A stretch of 64,000 nucleotides of DNA from Lepidodermella squamata (GCA_047495785.1 JBLDXI010000054.1:4237812-4301811), one strand, 5' to 3'. Positions 1 through 14,518 are shown, numbered from the stretch's first letter. Notes: generated from the sequence alone by a model not told the origin. Numbers and translations are program-made.

Positions 1-2479
1 CGAACAGGTAAAAGGAAGGCCGTTCTCGACAAAACTGTAAAAATGCCTCACAGATGTGCCGCAGTTTTCAAAAACAAAGCTGATCTTTCATTAAAAATGG
101 CAACAAGTCTATCGAAAGCGTTCCTTCGTATTACAATTTTCGTATTTAATAGGCAGCTTTTATTATAAAACTAACAACATACTAATCGTAAATTGAAAAC
201 CTGTCTGCGACTTGGAATGTTACTCAGCTATCGATTGATAAGTGTAAAAGTCGAAAACAATAATGTGATCAAGATGACTTTCAAGAGTAAGCTTAACTGC
301 CAGGCAACACAAAAATTATGTGTGACATCCATAAAGAGAATGCCTGCCATTAAACTCGAGGAACTTCAGGCTTCAATGAAAGCAAATTAAAACCATATTC
401 ATTAGGAAAGCTGCAGTGTCAAAGTGATGCATAAGCATCACATGAGCTTAAAACTTTAAATGCTGCCTGAAACAGTCCAGCAAAACGTCAAACAAGCATC
501 TCGCGATGTTAACGAGAGATGAGGCCTGACTGCAGCAATCGTCGTCCATTGCGTTGGTTAGCAACGACCTTCCGTATAATTGAAAATAAGTGTGAATTTT
601 CGTGCTAAATTGAAACATTAATTGATGTCATTGCAAGGGAAAAATATTTTATTAATTATTGATAAAAAAATAAGGGACATTAGCTTGTTGAGAGTTTTTC
701 ATCCGGGCTCAATATTTTAAAAGTTCCTCGTTTTCTTAAGAACACACATGCAGTGAGCTGCTCACGGTAAGCGTGGACTCCAGGTCGCTTATCCGCCGGT
801 ATTCCGCCGGTATCTGCGCCCGTGTAATGGAAGACCGCTATCGGTGTGAAATATGCGACATTTGTCGTGTCATTAGTAGTTTTCATGATGCCCCACTAGA
901 AAGTAACCGCTAAAGTCCCGCTAAAAATCGGTGTGAAATATGTGGTTTCTCTTCGGTTACTACCGTCGTGAATATTTTGAATCGATTATCAGTGTCAATT
1001 TAAATTTAGATTGATTGCCAAAGTCAGTCTTACTGATCATCTTGCATGAAGTGAGGAGGATGTTCCATAAGATCCCTCAAAATGTCGGGGCGGCACGAGG
1101 TGGAAGATGGTGAAAGCGGGGCTGCGGAGTTGGACAACCAAAATTACTGTTTTTTATAGATTTAGTTTAACTTTACCTCAAAGTACGCAGATGAGTAATT
1201 CTGAGATACATCCAATCATAAATTTCGAGATTTAGCTGACTGTATATTTAGGGTTTTCCACTAGGATCTGAGATACGCTTTCGTCGTTCGATATTCATGC
1301 TCATATATTTCTACAGCAATCTCGGACGATTCAAATATAGTCCACTGTTCCTGTTCAGAATGAACGCGATTACCGACCTTCGCGCGCTAATTGGGTTGCA
1401 TTTATTATTGCTATCAGAATCTTATCTTATGTCGTTGTCGGCGCGTCAAAACCCTGCAAGTTTTGACGCGCCGACGACGATGTAATCGCGCACCCTATTG
1501 TAAATCGGTGACTGTCCTGACTTTTGTCGAGGATTATTCGACATACAGTACATCTGAATAATGAATAAGAGGCATCATGATTATTATTTTCAACGCCCAA
1601 GGTCCACCCAAGTCAACTGAAGTATCAGGATAGTCATTTACTGAGATTCTAATACGCTTGAGAAGCTAGAGAGATTGATATTTTCAATCAATAATATCCT
1701 CTTTTAAGTGTTTTTCAAGTCAGGAACAACAGAGTATTTTAGCCAACGTCATAATGGCTGAGATCGCCGGTGACTATTTATTACTGATCAGTTGAACCGT
1801 GCTGCAGTTTTTAAAATCGCATATTCCTCAAGTGGCATATTAATGCTAAAATTATGCTTTCTATCTAATAGCAACTGACACATCGTCGCGTTGCGTGTGA
1901 GAGCAGCCATTATTATAAATTATCGTGCTGTAGTTTCGACAAGTTGGGGTATGTTTATAAACTAATCCGTTGTTGCAAAGTACTTGCTTTTTACCCGTTT
2001 TATCAGTGCAGTATTGTCTTTTCATAAACCGATTTAGTACATAATTGGCCTTGATAAAAATTGCTCAGCTCCTTTCAAACGCACCGCGACGCAATAAATA
2101 TTTGTTGGCCGATTCGATGTGTTGATAAGATCATGGAATTCATGAGATACCTATAATTTTGTTGTGTCTGTTGCTTCACTTTCTGGCAACTCTGTGATCT
2201 TTCTATCAATCCCATTTCTACCTTCTCTGTCCCCAACCTGAAATTTATTCCAGGCTTACATTATTTTTGGGCAGTTCGTTGTACGTTGTGTATCATCTTG
2301 CGTGTTTGATCTGTTCTGATAGGTTCTGTTAGGCTCTTAGTCTTAACTCTATTATACTGATTTTGCGCATTCCAGGTGTTATTTTTTCTATTATTTTATT
2401 TATATTGAAACTCCACTTAAATTTTGTGGTATAATCAAATTTGATCTGTTTCTTATTGATAGATTTTTAATTCCTTTCA

Positions 2480-3472
2480 ATGTCGTCCATCAATTGGGAG
2501 CTCACTCCTTACGAGCAGCACAGAAAACCTCACGAGACTCTACCAGGAAACACTGAAATAGGTTTGCTAAGATCTTTTCCTTCAATATTTGTCTTTAAAT
2601 CAGTGATTTGTGATCAATCCAGCTGTTTCTCCGGGGCAGCTTCATTCTGACCTTCAGTGCCCTATTTGCCTTGACATACTACGCGAGTGTTTGACGACAA
2701 AAGAATGCCTGCACAGGTTTTGTTCCGAATGCATCACAACTGCGCTTCGAAACGGTAACAAGGAATGTCCAACTTGCCGAAAGAAACTGGTTTCCCATCG
2801 GTCGCTTCGCAAAGATACAACTTTTGATGCAATTGTGGCTAAAATATTTCCCAATCGGTCACTTTATGAAGAACAAGTCGAAAAGCGCATCGCAAAACTT
2901 ATGCAAATGAACGTCAATGATCGATACAGTTCTCAAACCCATGATAACAAGTTGTGAGTTATTCAAACCTTTCATTTCATTCTTTTCTCACTTATTGTCT
3001 ACCCAGAAATGAGAATAGCTGCGATTCACATTCCGTCGATAGTACCAACGTCCTTCCTTCAGTTGTTGAGCTGCAAATGAAGTTGCACGATCAGTCAACC
3101 GTCGCTGATGGTGATGCGAGTTTTTTCACTACTAAATATTTCAGCACATCGCCCAATGCAAGCATCGATCATTTGGTAGAATTTTTGAAGATTCGCTTCA
3201 GGGCATTCAAACAGCAGCAAACTTCTACCGGTATGCCTTATAGTTATTTTTCGTAATTGAGGTATAACCTTTGCCATTATTCAGGTTGTGAAGACTTGAC
3301 CAGTGCCGATTTATTCTCAGTTGAATGTGGCTATGAAATTTCAGTTACCTCAACCGATTCTCCTGACTCCACGCTGGATGGTCAAGTGACGCTGTCGCAC
3401 TTGCTAAGTCAGCATTCTTCAGGCCTTCGAGAGCCTTTCGAGCTTCTATACCTTGCAAAAATTTGTCAATAA
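2480..3472 (+). CDS. RNF2: Polycomb PRC1 E3 ligase RING1/RNF2 (Sce) homolog, spliced
   Basis: Exon 1 (2480-2561) [17 protein letters not shown] splices to a RING exon (from 2623) [19 protein letters not shown]...[39 protein letters not shown]-terminal RAWUL-like [17 protein letters not shown]. Short GT-AG introns. Confidence 0.92.
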
Positions 3473-5416
3473 TGTTAAAGATTTGTACATTTGCCTGTTT
3501 CTCATTGTCGAAAGAGCGTATTGAGCGACGTCAAACGTGAATAAAAGATTTTTATTGTCTTTGGTACAATCATCATGCTGGATTTTTTTCCTTACGAGTA
3601 GGCACTTCTTACTAAAAGTTGTTAATGCAGGGAGTTTTCTTAGTTTCATAGATGATCGGTTGCTCGGATTTAGCCCCTCAATTTCAATTTCAATGGAGTA
3701 AAGAACAATAAGGATGCAATAGCTTTTTAACGACCTAGTGGCAGTTGTGTTTTTTTATGAATTGAAAGTGCTGGGATACACTGTGGTTGGTGTTTTAATA
3801 CATGGCAATGCACTACATGCTTGTATTGGCGTTTTTCTGAATGGCTGCATAGTACACACCGCACGTAATCAGGAATACAGCGCGAACTTGGCTGCGGTTG
3901 TGTCTTTTTCTTTGGCAACAGAGCGGCCGAGCTGAGTATTGGGCGAAATTATTGCTCTCTCATCATTATTACTATTATTACATTGTTGGGCAGTAATTAT
4001 GTAAAAGCTATATATGCACTGTCGATTTTGATGATCGAAATGCTTTACTTGTATATTGCTTATATTATTCAAGTGTTCTCTCATGGCCGGCCTCATCGGC
4101 AATTTCGGCATTACGCTTCTTATTACAGCGTTATATACGCGGCAATGCTCGTTCATATGCTGCTAAAAATAATAAAACGAAACGCACAGCGCATATGTTA
4201 GTCTCGTCTGCTGCGTACCGTGCCTCCATCTCGTGAAAATAAAATTATTATTATTAGTGGAGCGGTACATTTGCTTATATTATATTAGTATCGCCGTCGT
4301 CGTTTTATTATTAGATGGCGAATGTAAGCCATTACAATTTATATTTGTGTGTGTGTGCATGCATACGAGCGGCGCGCTATCTATCAGCTGTACTGGCGAG
4401 GAAATTCTCTATTTACGAAACGACGGCGAGGCTGCGTGTATTTATGTGTGAGCGAGCGAACGCGCGTATTGATCCGTTCGTCGTAGCTCTCACACTAGGG
4501 GTCTGCTGCTGCTGCTGCGTGTATGTGCGCTTGCTATTCTATTATGCCATGCATTTTGAAAATATGCCACATCTGTATTGTATGTGTGTGTGTGTGTATA
4601 ATATAAGAGCGCAAACGAACGCCGTGTAGGGCGGTGCAGAGAGAGCGAGATTATGCTGCCTGCGAGAGAGTGCCCGCGCACACGAATGCCAAGTATTACG
4701 ACATCCACACACATAATATATCTAAAGCTTTTCTGCCATATACAAACATACACTACACACAAACATGCGAGTGAGGCATTTTCCGTTCTTTCTTCATTGC
4801 TGCTGCTGCTGGCCTCTCTCTAATACATACGTATAGCCAGCTAGCTATAGCATCGGAGCGTTGTTCTTCGCTTCATACTATATGCACGTCCTGTGCTCAC
4901 GCTCAAATACTACTACTATATGCTTACGATTTCGTTATGCACGAATACTGCCCACAGTATTTTCCTTTATTTTACTGCTGAATGTGCTGTATTCATCGTA
5001 GCGGTATATAAGGGTGAATAGTGGATACGCAGTCATCGCAGTGCCAATGTATATATCACTAGTAGAGTATATGGGTGACGTTATAATGTACATTGTAGGT
5101 AATTTTCATTGTGCTATGCCTCGTTGTAATACTAGTAATAGTGTAAAAGTAAAAAGAAGAACTTTACAACACAGGCCTGTATGGATAGTACTGCGCCTCG
5201 TTATTTTCATATATCTCTGTAAGCAGTACATTGCTATTTCTCTATTGCTAACTACTGCTAGTATTTTACTAGTAGAACTTGTTGTAGTAGTAGTCGTAGT
5301 AGCAGTAATGGGGATATACCACGTGTCTTATTATCTGTGTCCCTTTGATACGTTCGCGTATTAACACCGATGCCCACGATATCGTGTTTTTTTATGACTG
5401 TTGTTTGTATTACTAG

Positions 5417-7273
5417 GACGGTTTCTTAATAAAGTCTCCAAACTGTTTCAACAACAGCCAGCTCAATCGGCGCCAGCGCGCGCTGCGCCAAAGGCGGGCA
5501 AGCAGAAGCGCAAGCGCGACCCGAACAAGCCGAAGCGTGCCATGTCGGCCTACTTTCACTTTCTTCAGTATTGCCGCGAACAGGCCCAAAAGGAGGGCAA
5601 GTCGTTTGCCAAGGTATGTCTCCAACCACAACCTCGAAAAAACAACAACGTTCAATTTACTACTAACTGCTATGCTTCAATATTTCAAACTGCGCGCTCT
5701 CGCGTTTTTTTCTCGTGCGCGCTACTTATCATCGCTCGTACTATCATAGCCTGTCTTAATCGCAGCTAATGCCGCCTGTGGTATTTATGGTCAAAGCTGT
5801 TGTAATAGTGTAGTAGTGGGAAGGGTTTCTCTCGACGTGTGCCAGCTATAGGGCCGGTCTGGCCACTGCGCATAATTATTGTTTTTGCGCGCGCGCAGGC
5901 GATGAACGCGCAGGTCGGTGTTTTTCTACGCACCAGTGTATTGTCGTTCATTATCGCTTTCATATTACTAGCGCGATGTATATATATCCTCCTCATCATC
6001 ATCATTGCTATACTTCATTCACTCATTCATTCATTTTTTCCTCCGTCTGTTTCTAGATCGCTGAATTCAGTAAGCTATGTGCGGAACGGTGGCGGAACAT
6101 GAATGGCGAGGAAAAGTTGCCGTTCGAGGAACGGGCGAAAGAAGACAAAGGCAGATACGATCGAGAGGTTTGTTTCAGCTGTTCAGCCGTAATTGAGTAT
6201 GACCTAATTTTTTTCCATCACATTAATAGATGAAACTTCACAAACCAGTAAGAGATCCCAACAAGCCGAAAAAGCCTCAAAGCGCATATTTCCTGTTCCT
6301 CGCGCGGTTTCGCGAAGAAATGAAAGAAAGTGGTATGACTCATCGTGACATTCTGAAACACGCCGGCGAGCGGTGGAATCAAATGAACGAGGAAGAGAAG
6401 CATCCGTTCCAAGTGGACGCGGAACGGGGCAAGCGGGCGTACGACCAGCAAATGATCGAGTTCAACCAGAAGCGCATGCAACAGCAGCAACAGGAGCGTC
6501 GCGAGGCGGCGCAGTCGACAAGTGCCCAACAGCCGCAGCAAGCGCATAGCGGCGCCGCGCACGGCCACGTCGCACGGCCGAACCAGTCACAACCGGCGCA
6601 CCAACAGCAGCAGCAACACCAGCAGCAGCAGCAACAACAACAGCAGCAGCAGCAACAGCAGCAGCAACAAGCGCAGCAACAGGCCCAGCAAGCACAGCAG
6701 CAGGCCCAACAGGCGCAACAACAAGCCTTCTACAACCAGAACGCCCAGGGGCAGAACGGAGTGCCGCAAGGCGCCGCCGCGATGTTCCCGTTCGGCGGTC
6801 TGCCCATGTCGCAATTCTCTCCGGCGCACCTGCAACAGATGGCGACCGGGTACCTCGGCTACGGCTCGCCACCCGCGACCGGCTACGGCGCGACAGGCCT
6901 GCCCTCGTTACACAACATGATGACCATGACCCAACCCCAACAGCAACATCACCAACAACGATCGCCCCCCGGCGCAGTGCCGGGCCAGCAACAACAAATG
7001 GGTGCTGTTCAAGTCGATATGCGTAAGCTCAGCTTTCCTTTTTCTTAGAAATTTACGAAGGGAATTTTTGGAGAGCTCCCATGAATCGTTAGTGGATTAC
7101 GCGAAATCGTCTTGAAAATAATTATATGATAGGTTCGAACCTATTTTGAGACAACTTTACCTGTGTCTCTTTAGACTGATTTTATTGCAAGCAAACCAAT
7201 TAAGGAAATAGATACCTTGAAGTTACCTTGAATAATATTTTTTTTATTTATGCTTTCAGATGGAGCCAGCTAA
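5417..7273 (+). CDS. HMGB/DSP1-like protein with two HMG boxes and a Gln-rich C-terminus (5' start exon not identified)
   Basis: Box A: [16 protein letters not shown]...|[37 protein letters not shown]. Box B: [16 protein letters not shown]...AGERWNQM. PolyQ at ~6600-6725. Probable last exon 7260-7273. Confidence 0.85.
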
Positions 7274-9702
7274 TCTAGATCCGGTGCGGTAAAAGCAGGG
7301 AGGACCAGCGTCACACTCACCCGGCCTTTTTGTGTTTTTTTTTATATGAAAAAGTGTGAGCTTCTGGCGCTGGGCTTCGCTGACTATCGGGAGGACTTGA
7401 CATCATCATCTCTTGACGCGTGTATTAGTTGCTTTACGTCGATTCTGGTGATCGCGCGTCTCCGCTGCCTATTCAATACACACGTCGTTTTTTATGCTGT
7501 CACATCTTCTCTCAGCTGCTTCTCGGAACTTCTTCATCATCTTCGATAACTCGTTTCTCGATACCTTTTTGATGTCTGTCTACACTACAATTTACACTCG
7601 CTCGCTCGCTCGCTCTCTTCGTCTCTTCTGTACAGTGCGTACCGTATAGAGGCAAACATCGTTTGCAAATCCTGCATCAAGTCGCCGATTATTACAATAC
7701 TTGCTGGTGCTGTGCCAATCATGCGATCGACCGATCGACTGACCGAAACGCTGGCACTACACTTTCGGTCGTTCGCGTAGCTATTACATTTCTTCTGGCT
7801 TATAAAATAGATCCGCTAAATCTTGCTAGACGACAGTGAGCCGTAGCAACTCGATGCTTCTCAAGACTTCCGTTTTGTATAATTTTTTAATACGAAAATG
7901 ATTTCAACTTGGGGCTGTCGGCCCAACGTGGCGCCCTCGGCAGTGTTGTGTCGGTTCTTTTGGTCTTCTGTCCTTCTCTCTTACTATCTCGGATCGGTTC
8001 GGTTCGCGGGGCGACCCGTTGCGACAGCCATAAAACTAATCCAATGATATTGATAATATGTAAATTAAATACCTACATTTGAAAATCGGAAACGGCAGGC
8101 AACTGACTCCTCGGCATCTATTCAGGAAAATGATGCTATTCTGAAGTCGGTGAATTTTTCTATTAAAAATAAGTCGTTTTCTTAATAACCGTCCGTGGTG
8201 TTACTGTCAAGCTGTCAGTCAGTAGGAGTAGACGTCGTCAGTATCTGTTGGCCGCTGTCTTCGAGCTCTAATTCTCCGCCGCAGGCCTCGAACTCGAAGG
8301 CATCCATCCTTTTTCTTATGCATGCAAGAGATCTTGTGAAACGGCGGCAAATAAACGATTGCCACTCTCGTTCATTTCGTCTCGCTCTCTCTCAAAGCCT
8401 GTATTACCGATGTATTTTCTATCCATAATTTGAGTGAGACCTTGCAATTTTAACAGCCCGGCTAGCATAGCCCGCGCGGGTGCATTACCTCATGAATAAC
8501 AATGCGCTTCTGTTACACTTGTTTGTACCATTTTTTCTTCTTCTCTTAGAAACAAAACTAGAAGATTGGAATGAGCGTAACTTTTCGTGTATCTGTTTGT
8601 TTGCAACCGATTGAGATCTGACTCGTTTCATTCATCGCATCGGGTGAGCTTGTTTTACATAACAACAAAAAACTGTCCGAGAACTTCCGTCGATTACTAC
8701 AAACATTTCTGTCTTTTTTACGTTTAATATCACAGACGTTTAATAATTTCAAAACCTACTTCCTCATCATAATACATATTTGATTAATAATTTTGTTACA
8801 CATCTTTTTGTTACCCCTTTTACCAAAACATCTTCCGCCATGCCTTCGTAATTGTGTTCCTTTAAAGCATACCTGATTGAATGACGCAACTTTCTATGCA
8901 TTATCCACCATAACAAAAAACAACCGAATTCATTTGTTGATGCGCGGGCATTTGAACAGCGTGGCCAACAGCTGAGACGACAATTTTTATTTGGACGTAA
9001 GAGATCATCATTTGTAGGTTGACCGTTTTATCCGACCGAGTTGATATCATGCCGACGTTTAAATCTATTGATTAATATAATAACTTCTACCGAATGCCTC
9101 TGAGGTTGTCATACACGCACACCCACAAGTGCCTCGACTTTGTCAATGAAGGAGGAAACACAAAACAGTATGGCTTTGAGTGAAATTTGGCGGCAAGGTG
9201 GTCTCAATCTCCGCTGGTTGCAATCGATAATGCCAATACCATCAATTCTTATTGCATAAATTCATTCTTATCATCATTTTTGATGCGCAAATTTTTATTG
9301 TAAATTGCGGAAAGATTGATGATGGCAATTTTAGTAATGATGATAATGATGTAACACCTGCGTACATTATTGTTGCTATTATATTTATTGTCAGCAAAAT
9401 GAAAGGAACATCCGCATTCGAAGTAATAATATAGACACCTCTGACGATGATGATGATGATGATATAAATAGTGTAAATAGTGACATGAACTTTTCGTTCG
9501 TGTTGTTCGTGCTTTTTTCGCAAAGTTTTGTACTTTAAATTTCGTTGTTTGTTTTGTGTTTTCATGTCTTAATATCATCGTCGTCGTCATCAATTGTTGC
9601 TACGCTGATCATCTTTGTTTTGTTTAGTTTAACCGGAAAATCATCTATCGGCCGAAAAATCGGTCAAATCTGTGTGTTATGTGCTTCTTCCTTTAACGAC
9701 GG

Positions 9703-9735
9703 CGACGACGACGACGACGATGATGATGATGATGA
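9703..9735. repeat. (GAC)n(GAT)n microsatellite
   Basis: Visible trinucleotide run. Confidence 0.8.
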
Positions 9736-11565
9736 TCACGAAGAGAGAGTGAGAGAGACTCCATTAGAATGAGAGAGGACGCGATTCTTAGAGAATTGCG
9801 AGCCGAAAATGTACTTACTTGGACAAATCTTTGATAACAAAACAAATAATTGTAAAAAAATGAAATCTTGCGAAGATGAGAAAAAAGCGGGCCTGATCCG
9901 TCACTAACTTTTGGTTATTTCAATAATATTAATAAATTCATTGATATAATAGTAACATTACTTATTACGTGCATCGTGTTAGAATAAATAAAACGAAATA
10001 CTTTGAATCGCGACATCACCTTTTTGTAGTTTTTGTGAATGACGTTTGGGACGTTAGTTGATATATGGCTGCGAGCGCCTTGAATAACGGCTGAATGACG
10101 TAACTAACCTCGAAACTATAACCTCGAAGAGTGTAATTAGTGACGGCTGGCAGAAAAATGTGATCAACAATGAGCTCTTCCTGTCTTTGCCCACTGTCCA
10201 TCATCAATAATTTTGCCTTGAATCTTCGAAGTCTAATGATGGACTTTTTAAGTGACGGAAAGCATCTCTCTCTTTGTGTCTCGTTCTCTCGCTCTCAACT
10301 GTTTGTAATGCCCTGTTACAGGTTTATGGTTGGTGCGCGTATTAACATTTATTATTCTGTACATAGTGTCATAAATTTGTCATATATCACATAATATACA
10401 CTTCTTATTTCAATATCGATTTACATTTTATGACTAGCGTTGGAACTAGTCAGACGAATAAAAACTTGACTGGTTACTATTACATGGATTTATCAGTCCA
10501 CAACTCTTGTGACACGGTTTGAATGCACACGCAGCTGATGAGGTTATCGATACAGTTCGTGCAATTCACTGCGACCATTGTACAATTCAATTACAATTCG
10601 AAAACGCCATGTTTTTGTAGCCCGAGGAAATAATGTCTCCAGCCAGGTTTCTTTTTCAACGCTGCGAGCTGCGATTCGTCTGATCCTGGCAGCGAATATG
10701 CGATTTTTGAGAAAAACACGTTTTAATCTTCAGTGAAAGTATCATTTACAATATCACATATTGTCGGATAGGAATGCCGATGGCGATTGTGCCATCAGCA
10801 GGTCAACTAAAAGTAGTCATTTAGATGTAATACACAACTAAAACAAAACAAATAAGTCCGCCTTAAAAAATATGGCGACGCTCTAATAAAGAGGCAAAGA
10901 ATGAGAGAAATTAAATAATTAAAGATGTAAAGATGTTGCAGATTTAAACTTAAATACCGCAGATTTCATTCCAATATAGACCTGTTCCATTAATATCCGT
11001 TCTATCACCATAGATTTACATGCTTTGGTAACAGGTTCCATTTTGCGGGGCAACTCTGCAAAGGGGTTGGTTATTCTGCCCCGAATCTGAATAGCTGGTT
11101 TCAAAGTAATTATACCGTGAGAGAATACAGCAACCTCAGCTGAATTAAAAAATGCGCGAAAACCACCGCTATTGCTGTGATTTTTATTTTTATTTTCAGG
11201 TTGCTCACTCCTGACGCTCGCCATGAAATGAGAAATTTAGAGCTATATGGAAGACTTCACTGCCCGATAACCTATGGTCTTTTTATAAGGGAAATTTTTC
11301 CATTCGCTCCTGAGCTTTCCGAAATTCCGGGAAGAAGAATGAATTAATACTATTATATTAACCGAACAATCATTATAATTATATTTGCGATTTGCCAATC
11401 CTTATAATTAGCATATCTAAACATTGAAAAATGAGCAGCGACCGCGTTTTGAGTCAAGCTTTCCGAATCTGCAAAGAATGTATAGCCAGTGTACGAAGTG
11501 TAGGAACTAGGAGATAATCCTAATTCCGACCCGAATCATACCCGAATCGGACTAAAGGACCCCCT

Positions 11566-12047
11566 CGTTGGTATCGCGAGTAAAGGTGCCAAGTGACATT
11601 TTTTCGGAAAACGTTTTTATGATGGATTCTTACTAATGTCGAATGGTGACCTCAGTTTCTCAAAATACCCTTCGGAAGTCAAAGGTGTAAAGTGCAAATT
11701 TCATTCGAATTACAAAACTTTTACACCAAAATGATTAGCCTTCTGAATCGAACTATGTAAAAAAATTCATCGCGAAATCATAAAATAATGGTCGAATACA
11801 TGCTGGAAACTAACTAAAAATGAGCAAATTTATTGCATTCGAAATTTTTTTTAGTGTGTGTTGCATTGTTGCGTCATCGTTTTTTGCATGCGTATTTTGG
11901 TTAAAGGTGCCAAGTACACCTTATCTCACGCGGAAGCAATCCAAGCCATGAGAAAAAATACCGGATCAATTTGGAATAAACACGTTTTTTTCGTCTCCTG
12001 GAAAATTATGAAAAATGCACTTGGCACCTTTACTCGCGATACCAACG
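11566..12047. mobile_element. Non-autonomous DNA transposon (MITE) with ~30 bp TIRs and 4-bp TSD CCCT
   Basis: Left end CGTTGGTATCGCGAGTAAAGGTGCCAAGTG; right end CACTTGGCACCTTTACTCGCGATACCAACG. CCCT on both flanks. Internal copies of the AAAGGTGCCAAGT motif. Confidence 0.85.
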
Positions 12048-12589
12048 CCCTGCTCTCCCCCATGGTTTTTTCGGGTTTTCTTGCCCGGACCTCTCTAATT
12101 GGGGGCAAGGGTTTGATATCGCCCATTCTACCGTTTTTCGTTCGAAGCAATCACGCTCAGTTGTGATTCTTCAGTTTTTTGTATTTTTACCAATACCGAA
12201 AAATCTAGTGAAAACTGGTATTACCCGTTACTATCGGCCTGTTTGGGTTGGGTTATCCAAGTAAATCCAGCTCTGGCCATGGGCCATGGGTGAAGTTGGG
12301 TTGGAAAACACTACCTACAAAATTTAGCGGTACCTCATCCACGCCAAAATCCTTGAAAAATACCTGTAAAACGGTAAAAACTAATCGACGTATAAGTGAT
12401 ATCCTATACGGCTGCTTTTTTGTATAGTCGAGCGAGTCGAGGCTATACGGTTTTTAGAGCAACAGCTGGCCGCGACACTTCTTCTTTAAATTCAGCGCTG
12501 AAAATTCAAGTTTATTTATTTTTTGCGATCTCTGATTACTTGGCTGGCTTTTTAAGAAATCGCTTTTGAGTTACGGCGCAACAAAGCTG

Positions 12590-14518
12590 AAAAATCGCCC
12601 CGACCAGTGTTGCGGAACCAAGCGATAAATTCATCGACCAGCGGCTCCGAAGGTTTATCACCCAGTGACTTGCAATACAAGATGACCCATTCAAGAAGGC
12701 ATATCTCGTACGGGTTCCATTGTCTTCCTTCACGTTCAACACATCAAAGAGGCTAAAAGCAAGGCGCGGAAAGGCCTGTTCGCGCTCAAACCAGCAGCCA
12801 AATTCGTCGACCGCAAAACAGCTATTCTGATGGCAGATGGCCTGATCTTCACCCATCTTAATTATGGCGACTTGACTTTGGGACAAGCAGCACCGACAAC
12901 GCGAGGAGAACGTGACCACTAGACTTCAGTCGTCTAGGTTCGGCAACATCTTTTAGCTTTCATGAAATCTCTGCTGACAAAATCATCAAGGCTGCGGAAA
13001 AACTTACCTCAAAAACAACCACAGGTTACGACGGCGTCGCTGAACGGGCCCTGAGAGCTGCAGTGGTGTCGAAAAACTATTGCGAATTTTTGTCCCAATT
13101 CTTCAACTTGATTCTACGTAACAACGAAATTCCTGAAAAATGGCCCACTAGCGTGGTCACTCCAATCCACAAATCTGGAGACCGATCTGACCCTTCAAAC
13201 TACCGACCGATATCAATCCTATCGTCTGCACTAAAGTTATTCGAAAGATGCATAAGCGACCAAATTAAAGAGCACCTGTATGCACACAACATTCTTAGTA
13301 AATCGCAGTTTGGCTTCCGAAAGCACCACTCAACATCAACGTGCCTACTAGCAATTGCCGAAGACTGGCTCGACGCGTTGAAAGACGGCAATTATGTCGC
13401 AGCAGTCTCTCTCGACCTCAGCAAGGCTTTCGACACATTACACCATGATGGCATCGCCGCATCTTTGAAAGCAGCGGGGTTTGACGAAAAGGCGATTGAG
13501 CTGATCAATTTTTACATCACGCGCCGCCAACAAATCGTAAAAATTGGTAACTGTCTGAAAGACTGCCTGTGAACGTAGGCGTACTTCAAGGCAGTGTCCT
13601 CGGACCATTGCTTTTCTCTCTTTATGTTAATGACCTTTTCTCGATCTGTGATAGCGATAATCTAAGAACTGTCCAATTTGCCGATGACACAACAATTTAT
13701 GCATTCGGATCCACAGCTGCGGAGGCCCGAAACCTACTACAAGATAGGCTAGTCAAGTTCTGCTCGTGGTTTAGCAACAACTCGCTCAAATAATTAAACC
13801 CAGACAAATCCCAGTTTATGGTCTTATCCCCTGTCGAAATTCCCTCCATCAGCCTGCAAATCGCCAATGCAACACTAACCGCCGTCTCTTCAATCGAATT
13901 ATTAAGATTCATCTTGGACCATAGGCTCACCATGGATGAACAAGCGGAAAAAGTGAAAACAAAGTTCGATCTGGCACCTACGCCCTCCGCATCGCTAGCC
14001 AGAATCGCCTACCATCCGCACAGAATAAGGCAATTAGGGCTCTGCTTAACAAACCGTACTCGTTCGACGCCACCGCTCTCCTCAAACAGTTAGGTTGGCT
14101 ACCAATCGACGAGAAACGCCTAATCCACGAAATGACTCTAGTTTGGAAATGTTTGCACTCTCAAGCACCTGCTCTCATCAAAAACTTGATCAACAAACCA
14201 TCGTCCGATCACAAAACCAGGCTTAGCAGCTCTGATGGCGTCGAAATTCCTCGACTAGCTAACCATCTCAGCTTTCGATTTCGTGCTGCTAGCAAGTGGA
14301 ATGACTTACCGCCATCGATAAGATCTTCCGAAAACCCGAAGATCCTCAGAGACGAACTCCTGAAAGTACTGCTGAAAGCAGAATACGTGGACGATTTCGT
14401 CTACACAAAGAAGAGGTAACTCGCCACCTTACCTCGACGCGCCCACCTGCGTCCGTTAGATGGAAGACCGCCTTAGTGCGAATCCAACGCTATTATACAT
14501 ACATACATACATACATAC
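12590..14518 (+). mobile_element. Decayed 5'-truncated non-LTR retrotransposon (CR1/L2/Crack group); 5' boundary approximate
   Basis: RT motifs NYRPISIL, QFGFR, LDLSKAFD, GVLQGSVLGPLLF and FADD, broken by a frameshift (~13570) and stops. C-terminal FRFRAASKWNDLP. (ATAC)6 tail at 14495-14518. Confidence 0.9.

Noticed and set aside
3700-5400. Numerous short hydrophobic ORFs (also 9200-9800 and 26700-27900)
   Set aside because: Microsatellite-rich intronic or regulatory DNA beside HMG and FoxP; translations are low-complexity with no motifs
6218-6920. Overlapping poly-Leu, poly-Ala and poly-Ser ORFs
   Set aside because: Alternative-frame shadows of the CAG/CAA polyQ exon
10534-10560. CTGATGAG as a hammerhead core
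   Set aside because: No downstream GAAA or supporting stems
10919-11224. 101-aa minus-strand ORF with an upstream TATA-like sequence
   Set aside because: No recognisable homology or confident splice structure; cannot be supported
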